From a virus, in the IMG/VR virus record IMGVR_UViG_3300002835_000018: a stretch of DNA of 64,000 nt; one strand, given 5' to 3'. Shown here one piece after another: positions 58,248-64,000 of this stretch. Every line of letters starts with the position of its first letter. Position 1 is the stretch's first letter. A program made the translations under genes and the position numbers. The notes beneath the pieces were generated by a model. It ran no database searches. It saw only the letters and a program-made list of their open reading frames with translations, and was not told where the DNA came from.

Positions 58248-58418
58248 TTAGTCTTTCCACAATCTTAATTTTTCAAGACTTTTTTCTTCTGTACTAACGC
58301 CAATTGATCTAAGCAGATTCTTAAGTCTGCATATCTCTGTAGATATAACGCCAATGTCTAATACAGCAAGGAACTTATCTTTTTTTAACTTTTCTTCGTA
58401 CTTAAGCGATAATCTCAT
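58248..58418 (-). CDS. small hypothetical protein (56 aa)
   Basis: Manual: MRLSLKYEEK...; ACAAGGAG RBS. Confidence 0.6.
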   Translation of the reverse strand: MRLSLKYEEKLKKDKFLAVLDIGVISTEICRLKNLLRSIGVSTEEKSLEKLRLWKD

Positions 58419-58431
58419 ATTACTCTCCTTG

Positions 58432-58704
58432 TTAAACTTTTAGTAAATTAATTGGTTCACCATTCAACACATGGGCTAACTGAAGGATTTTTGTAGAATA
58501 TTTAATTTGTTCATCATATTTTTCATAAAACTCATTATCGAAATCTTCTTCGGTCATGTTGTCGTACTGTTGGTATCCCTCGCCTCTCAGGATGCCACAA
58601 ATCATTTGATAGTCATTCTTTTTTAAATCTTCACGCAAGGCAAAGATATCCCATGCCATTAACAAATTGGTTTTTTCATCTCTCGTAAACTTACTGTTGC
58701 TCAT
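58432..58704 (-). CDS. hypothetical protein
   Basis: ACAAGGAG RBS before MSNSK. Confidence 0.65.
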   Translation of the reverse strand: MSNSKFTRDEKTNLLMAWDIFALREDLKKNDYQMICGILRGEGYQQYDNMTEEDFDNEFYEKYDEQIKYSTKILQLAHVLNGEPINLLKV

Positions 58705-58805
58705 AGTAATCTCCTTGTTAGTCCAGCATCGTGAACTAAGGAACGCCCTTAGTTCACTCAAAGCCGTTTCCCTTAACTATCTATTCGCTTAACGCCCCAA
58801 AATAT

Positions 58806-59108
58806 TTAGTAATTATTTCCAAAAACTTGATCTTTAACTGTATACATACTGTAGTAAAGCTCATTGTTTGGTACAGCTAAATTTAGATAGGTAGCACCAG
58901 TCTTAAAACTCCGTATGTGCTTATCATCAACAGGGTTATGTCCATCCACATAGATATACAGATCAGCACAATTGATAACGCCATGCTCATTCATTCTGCC
59001 CCTAAGTATATGCAGATATACCTTATCTATATCCCTATAAGCATAACCTTTGCCTACTTCTTCCCTTCTGATTCTCCATTGGTTTCCTACCTGTTTGATT
59101 TCTACCAT
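58806..59108 (-). CDS. hypothetical protein
   Basis: 100 aa ORF. Confidence 0.6.
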   Translation of the reverse strand: MVEIKQVGNQWRIRREEVGKGYAYRDIDKVYLHILRGRMNEHGVINCADLYIYVDGHNPVDDKHIRSFKTGATYLNLAVPNNELYYSMYTVKDQVFGNNY

Positions 59109-59270
59109 TATATTTCATCCTCAAGAGTAGTTAATCTTTCATAAAGTTTTTTCAATTCTTTTTTGTACGAAGAATCTAAATCTTTGTTGGTAACCGCACT
59201 AAGTTCATAGCTTAAGCTATTAGCTATCATGGATATCTCATCTGGTGTTAGTTGTACATTTACAGTTAAA

Positions 59271-59474
59271 TCATTCATTTGTTTCTACTCCCTTATATGT
59301 TTCTTTAATCTTAAGATTTAATAGTGTGGCTATATCTTCGACATTCTCAGCCATAGAAGCAAAGCCTTCTTTAGACCCATCCCAAAATCCATACTCTCCT
59401 TCTCTGCATGAATCGTGCAAAGTTTGGAGCATACCTTTAAGTTTTTCTTTCTTTTCTCTAAATTGATCATTCAT
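59271..59474 (-). CDS. hypothetical protein (tandem paralog 2)
   Basis: MNDQFREKKEKLKGMLQTLHDSC. Confidence 0.7.
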   Translation of the reverse strand: MNDQFREKKEKLKGMLQTLHDSCREGEYGFWDGSKEGFASMAENVEDIATLLNLKIKETYKGVETNE

Positions 59475-59697
59475 TTGTTTCTACTTCTGTGTATGTTTTA
59501 AACTTAATGTTTAACATATACATATACATATATGTTTTTCCAAGTAATGTGACTATCTCTTGCACATTTTCAGCCATAGCAGAAAAGCCTTCTTTAGATG
59601 GTTCAAAATATTCATAATCGCCATTTGTACATGAATCATGCAAAGTCTGAAGCATACCTTTAAGCTTTTCTTTCTTTTCTTTAAATTGATCGTTCAT
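59467..59697 (-). CDS. hypothetical protein (tandem paralog 1)
   Basis: MNDQFKEKKEKLKGMLQTLHDSC. Confidence 0.7.
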   Translation of the reverse strand: MNDQFKEKKEKLKGMLQTLHDSCTNGDYEYFEPSKEGFSAMAENVQEIVTLLGKTYMYMYMLNIKFKTYTEVETNE

Positions 59698-59857
59698 TGT
59701 TATTCTCCTTGTTAAATTTTGCTCTTAGTTCACTCAATGTTAAGGTTAGTTCTCTATTTTCTTGCCGAAAGATAAAAACGCCCAGTCCTCTCGCATCTAG
59801 CCTATATCCAATAGATTCCATGTAGTGCAAGCACTCGTTAAGTGTTATTACTTTCAT
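59681..59857 (-). CDS. hypothetical protein
   Basis: AGGAG RBS before MKVIT. Confidence 0.55.
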   Translation of the reverse strand: MKVITLNECLHYMESIGYRLDARGLGVFIFRQENRELTLTLSELRAKFNKENNNERSI

Positions 59858-60173
59858 AACTATTCTCCTTTGGTTTTTTATAATCTTGAACTTTGTAGTA
59901 ATTATCATTTACATAAATAAGATCGGCATCTTCCTCGATAAGAGTCACATAACTTGAAATAGGATTGTATGCGTAATCACCAATCTTTATTTTTCCGTTA
60001 CTTATCTTAAAAATATTCTTTTCAAGAAAGATATTAACCACTCCTTCATGGCCACTAACAATCCATTGAAACCCACCACTCAAAGCTTTCATTTTTTCTT
60101 TAAGCACAGCAATCCCTGCTTTACCATTAGAAAACTCACAAACAACTTTACATCCACTTACAAATTTACTCAT
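59838..60173 (-). CDS. hypothetical protein
   Basis: ACAAGGAG RBS. Confidence 0.65.
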   Translation of the reverse strand: MSKFVSGCKVVCEFSNGKAGIAVLKEKMKALSGGFQWIVSGHEGVVNIFLEKNIFKISNGKIKIGDYAYNPISSYVTLIEEDADLIYVNDNYYKVQDYKKPKENSYESNNT

Positions 60174-60225
60174 TTTAATTCTCCTTGTTGGTATACATAC
60201 TTATTCGTTTGATCATCACTTTTAT

Positions 60226-60660
60226 TTAGGGAATATATTTTTGCATAATTGCATATTTATAATTATAGAATTTTCCATCGTGTATATAAATTCGATCACT
60301 ATAGTGCCAGTAACTTGCTTTCTTCATATCCTTTGGATCAACATCATTTAGAAAAGGAATATGTGGAAAGGATCTTTTCATGATCGCAATCTTATTGTCT
60401 TCCTTCTCATTTCTACCATGCACAAATACAAATATATGTCTGCAAGTAATTACATACTGGTATGGAGTGGTGAAGTTATATTCTGGTTTTCTTTTCTCAA
60501 GCCTTTTTTCTTCTTTGCATGATTCAATGCCTATAAGTTTGATGTAGACATCTTCCATGTCCATCCAATCGGTTCTTATGAGTCCATCCTTTTTCAAGGT
60601 TGTAATCTTATACCTATATGTATTAGTTATACCGCTATATTCTTTTGTGAATGTAATCAT
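60226..60660 (-). CDS. hypothetical protein
   Basis: AGGAG RBS. Confidence 0.65.
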   Translation of the reverse strand: MITFTKEYSGITNTYRYKITTLKKDGLIRTDWMDMEDVYIKLIGIESCKEEKRLEKRKPEYNFTTPYQYVITCRHIFVFVHGRNEKEDNKIAIMKRSFPHIPFLNDVDPKDMKKASYWHYSDRIYIHDGKFYNYKYAIMQKYIP

Positions 60661-60672
60661 GTTTAATTCTCC

Positions 60673-61146
60673 TTAAATACAACTTGGTTCAATTGAATTA
60701 GTACACTTAATAGAAGACGATGTGTAAAACAACTTTCTTCCAGATGTATATATATTTAGATTATCTTGCTTATCCATGTTTGTGCCATTATGCCCCACCC
60801 AGTTTGGTGCAATTCTTGGATTGTATGACAATTGCATATGAGTTTTAGGGAAAGTTTTATCTACATAGTCAATGTTCTTTTTCCCGCCAACAGTATCATC
60901 TCTGTAGATAACTAGGTTCTCACACTCTACCCATGCACAGACAGTCTTATTCGCCCCACATTTGATCTTTGTAGCTGTAGCCACATGATTGACCAACTTG
61001 GCATTAATCATCTGTATACACACAGTAGAGGGTTCGCAATAGAATGGCTTGCCACTTGGCTTATTGGGTGAAGCATCGCCAGTAATCTGCCACTTCATAT
61101 AGTTCTCGCCCTTTGCTAAATGAAATCTAACCTTATACATCTTCAT
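60673..61146 (-). CDS. hypothetical phage protein
   Basis: KVRFHLAKGENYMKWQ...NKTVCAWV...YNPRIAPNW. Confidence 0.7.
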   Translation of the reverse strand: MKMYKVRFHLAKGENYMKWQITGDASPNKPSGKPFYCEPSTVCIQMINAKLVNHVATATKIKCGANKTVCAWVECENLVIYRDDTVGGKKNIDYVDKTFPKTHMQLSYNPRIAPNWVGHNGTNMDKQDNLNIYTSGRKLFYTSSSIKCTNSIEPSCI

Positions 61147-61247
61147 CTCCCTATGTTAATGTTCTGTTGTCTATTTACTTATTCGTGCAAGTATAGAAAT
61201 TATTTAACTACTAATTTAAAATTTATTAGTAGTTGGATCGTAAACCC

Positions 61248-61568
61248 CTATTTAATAAGGCTTTGATCAACTAATGGATAACAGTATTCACCCAAATGAC
61301 CATCTAGAACATCAGTAAAACCACCATGTGTAACTCTATAAATATTCTCATAGCCAGCATAGCTAATGAAATTAACAGGTCTGTCTTTAAACGCCCTCTT
61401 TATTGCTGCTACTGTCTTGTTGTATGTCTTTGGCTTGCACTCATCGCCCTTAAGACTCCATGAAGGTTTCCACCAATACTCAATCTGGTAGACAAGTTCT
61501 TGCTTGCCCTCAATGTTCAACTCTAGGTAGTTTCTAATTCCACTAAGTTTGTATACATAAGCACCCAT
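61248..61568 (-). CDS. hypothetical protein
   Basis: ACAAGGAG RBS. Confidence 0.65.
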   Translation of the reverse strand: MGAYVYKLSGIRNYLELNIEGKQELVYQIEYWWKPSWSLKGDECKPKTYNKTVAAIKRAFKDRPVNFISYAGYENIYRVTHGGFTDVLDGHLGEYCYPLVDQSLIK

Positions 61569-61581
61569 ATTAATCTCCTTG

Positions 61582-61809
61582 TTAAATACTCTTGATTGTT
61601 AAATCTGCTTCCTTCATCGTGTAAAATTTATCTTTGGATAAATCAATATCTTCAAAACACACCTTAACTTCGTCTAAAGTATCTTCATTAGTGCAAAGAA
61701 AGTAATCGTTTTCTGTGGCATTAATTCTGTGGAAAGTGCCATATCTAGGTAGATAAAAGCAGCAGTTGCTTATAATTTTATTTAATCTTTTGTTGCTAAC
61801 CTTACGCAT
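61582..61809 (-). CDS. hypothetical protein
   Basis: ACAAGGAG RBS. Confidence 0.6.
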   Translation of the reverse strand: MRKVSNKRLNKIISNCCFYLPRYGTFHRINATENDYFLCTNEDTLDEVKVCFEDIDLSKDKFYTMKEADLTIKSI

Positions 61810-61811
61810 AT

Positions 61812-62009
61812 TTATTCTCCTTGTTGCTTATAGATTTCGTTTCTTCTTTTATCAGACTTGTTTGCAAACCTTCTTGCTCTATCGCAAAGTTTTTGCCCAT
61901 AGTCATTCTCATCAAAGTCAGGTTGAATGTAGACATCTTCTAAATGTCCAGCAAGCTCCTTAACCAAGTCGATCAACTTTTCCTCTGTCGTTTTCGCTTT
62001 TACATACAT
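61812..62009 (-). CDS. hypothetical protein
   Basis: AGGAG RBS. Confidence 0.6.
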   Translation of the reverse strand: MYVKAKTTEEKLIDLVKELAGHLEDVYIQPDFDENDYGQKLCDRARRFANKSDKRRNEIYKQQGE

Positions 62010-62150
62010 CTTTCATTCTCCTTTGTGTTAGTGTTATCTTCCCTTGCCATACTGTATTATTCGTTTGTCATGTCTGATTATTTAGTAAAATTTTAGAATT
62101 ATTTTCGCCCCTAAGAATATTTGTTACCACCCTTTTTGTAAATACTCGCC

Positions 62151-62357
62151 CTACTCTCTTTCAAAGCTTATTTTTAGGCCATTTAAAGACTGTAATAGAT
62201 CAATCTCACTATTCATACGCCACTTGAGAAAGGTCGTTAAATCATGCTCTGAGGTGATGAAATCATGCACCAGTATCTCAACAATGTTGGTTACTTTAAC
62301 TTTGTATATTCGGGCAGAAACTGGCTTTTTTCCCACACTTTTTGGCTTTTTTATCAT
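62151..62357 (-). CDS. hypothetical protein
   Basis: GGAG RBS. Confidence 0.55.
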   Translation of the reverse strand: MIKKPKSVGKKPVSARIYKVKVTNIVEILVHDFITSEHDLTTFLKWRMNSEIDLLQSLNGLKISFERE

Positions 62358-62564
62358 GTATGTACTCCAATATATTATCTATATTATCCTTATAGAGATA
62401 GAGAGGGCAGGGTAAGTGAATCATAGGGCAGCAGGGTGTCTTAAGGGTTAAATCTATAACTCCTTTGAAAACACCAAGTTATGTCGATTAAAACACGCCA
62501 AAAACGGTATAAATGTACATAAATAACACGAAAAAGTGGCATAAATGTACATTAATATACAGTA

Positions 62565-62909
62565 TTATTCGCCTACATAATCCATGTCTAGAAGCTTCAT
62601 GACTCCGTACACATAGGTATTAGGATCGCCATCTCCAACGAACTCTACTTGTACACGAATGTATATCCCCCCATTTTTGTGAATCAATTTACCTCCACTT
62701 ATGTAGATGTTGGTGGCAATTTCTCTTATGCCAAAGTTGTAACCTGTTGGTAGATAATAACTTGCGTCTTCCCAGTTTGAAGATCGAAGGCACTCCCCGA
62801 ACTTCCAACCGTCAGGATGCACATAGTATCCAACCTTCGCCTCCACTTTCCAACCGTTGATGATTTTGCTCTTGGGATAAGTCTTTTTGTTAGCAATCTT
62901 CATTGTCAT
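62565..62909 (-). CDS. hypothetical protein
   Basis: GGAG RBS, downstream of a promoter motif. Confidence 0.65.
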   Translation of the reverse strand: MTMKIANKKTYPKSKIINGWKVEAKVGYYVHPDGWKFGECLRSSNWEDASYYLPTGYNFGIREIATNIYISGGKLIHKNGGIYIRVQVEFVGDGDPNTYVYGVMKLLDMDYVGE

Positions 62910-63271
62910 ACTCCATAGGGTAAAACCTTAATAATCCTCGGGAAAAACTAACATTTGTTGTCCTGTGTAACTATTCGGGTATGTGCCATGATTATTTAGC
63001 CAAAAAAAGAAAATTCTTTCGCTAAATCTTTTGGGTGGTTGTGCGAATGATTAAGTAGAAGCGTGAGGGATACGCAGTAAACCCGATCTGATGCAAGGGC
63101 TGAAGGTGTTATGAGTGCGGTACGACTATTTAAAAAAAGTAGTGTGTAGCCAATACTCTGGCGAACCCGCTTGATGTTGGTAAGACAAGCAGGGAGATCA
63201 TTTCTCAAGTCGCATCGTATTTCTTATACTATCTTATTCGTTTGACTGGCCGAATTATTTAGGAAGAAAAT

Positions 63272-63313
63272 AAAAAAAACGCAGGATGCGGTGAAAGGGA
63301 TTCCGCACCCTGC
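63272..63313 (-). terminator. intrinsic terminator
   Basis: GCAGGGTGCGG...CCGCATCCTGC stem followed by GT8 on the minus strand. Confidence 0.75.
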
Positions 63314-63403
63314 TGATGCTACTGGATAAGAGGTCGAAACCCAGTAGCGTGATTTAGTAGAGGGGATAAGCTGCCCAGTTCCTACCCCCCCTTACAAACC
63401 ATC

Positions 63404-64000
63404 TTAGGCGAACATAAGTTCTTTACCTAAGATAGAGTGTACATCTTTGGTTGTCAAGGCGTTTGCCTTATTTCTCAACCCAATAAACTCATCTTCTGAG
63501 TAGCTTGCCAAAGCACCACCTACTTCGTTAAGCTTTTCCCAAGATGCTTCGCCCATGCGTTGACTTCCTCTTGTAAGGCTATTAACCATACCGAACAAAG
63601 TCTTGGCGTAGAATGGAGTCTCTTGGCGTTCAATATCCCAACCGCCTTGAACAGCATCAATCTCATTCTTGCTAAACTTATAGGTTTGAGCTACAGAGGC
63701 AAACAGAGGGGTCATACTTGCACCTTCTCCGAATACCATCTTCTTCGTACCTAATAGCTTATCAATCATCACAGGGATAGACTGAATGTGTTTGGCAATG
63801 CAAGACTGAATTTGATTAGCCAAGTGGCCAAGATCAACCTTGCCACGATGCACTACACTTACATCGTCATGCCTTACCCAACCAATCATGCCATTAGAAC
63901 AAATAGTCCTAAAGACTCCAGCAGAGATATCAAGCCTGTGAGTACCAATCTCAGAGTTCTTGATCTTGATTAGACCACCGTAGTCGCTATCATCGTCAGA
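63404..64000 (-). CDS. DUF932-like protein (partial, 5' end outside window)
   Basis: Frame open to the window edge: IKNSEIG...FRTICSNGMI...TLFGMVNSLT. Confidence 0.75.
   Translation of the reverse strand, partial: SDDDSDYGGLIKIKNSEIGTHRLDISAGVFRTICSNGMIGWVRHDDVSVVHRGKVDLGHLANQIQSCIAKHIQSIPVMIDKLLGTKKMVFGEGASMTPLFASVAQTYKFSKNEIDAVQGGWDIERQETPFYAKTLFGMVNSLTRGSQRMGEASWEKLNEVGGALASYSEDEFIGLRNKANALTTKDVHSILGKELMFA

Larger units (their letters stand above)
35527..63261 (-). promoter_or_regulatory. dispersed promoter-like motif TAAA-N16/17-CGAATA (15 copies)
   Basis: Copies at 35527-35552, 41554-41579, 44465-44491, 48594-48620, 51153-51179, 53354-53380, 55453-55479, 56997-57023, 58224-58250, 58782-58808, 60202-60228, 61180-61206, 62058-62084, 62972-62998, 63235-63261. 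Confidence 0.85.

Noticed and set aside
53354-63261. CRISPR array or integron attC sites suggested by the repeated motif
   Set aside because: The conserved parts are only 4-8 nt, non-palindromic and separated by whole genes; no cas1/cas2 or integrase in the window
1-64000. Stop-codon reassignment (alternative genetic code), as in some large phages
   Set aside because: Conserved genes are full length under code 11, and TAA, TAG and TGA all terminate coupled genes

Overview
This is a 64 kb segment of a large, AT-rich dsDNA tailed (jumbo-type) phage genome. It uses the standard genetic code and almost all genes are on the minus strand. From left to right: (i) a replication/recombination block with an intein-free split DnaE, a DEDDh exonuclease, Cas4-like nuclease, dNMP kinase, primase, DnaB and an intein-containing RecA; (ii) nucleotide metabolism (class II RNR, ThyX) and an intein-interrupted papain-like protease among secreted/membrane ORFs; (iii) a dispersed glycosylation/modification island and host-like genes (peptide deformylase, DUF1501, CsrA) that suggest a Planctomycetota host (inference); (iv) a C5-cytosine MTase coupled to a CmoA-like enzyme; (v) an 'early' region of small hypothetical genes and one tRNA(CAT). 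A 15-copy TAAA-N16/17-CGAATA promoter-like motif is concentrated in this last region. Best leads: a candidate DNA-modification pair using a non-standard SAM derivative; a possible CsrA translational switch acting on ACAAGGAG ribosome-binding sites; two unusual inteins; and several structured non-coding RNAs. All family calls come from motifs recognised by eye, not from database searches.
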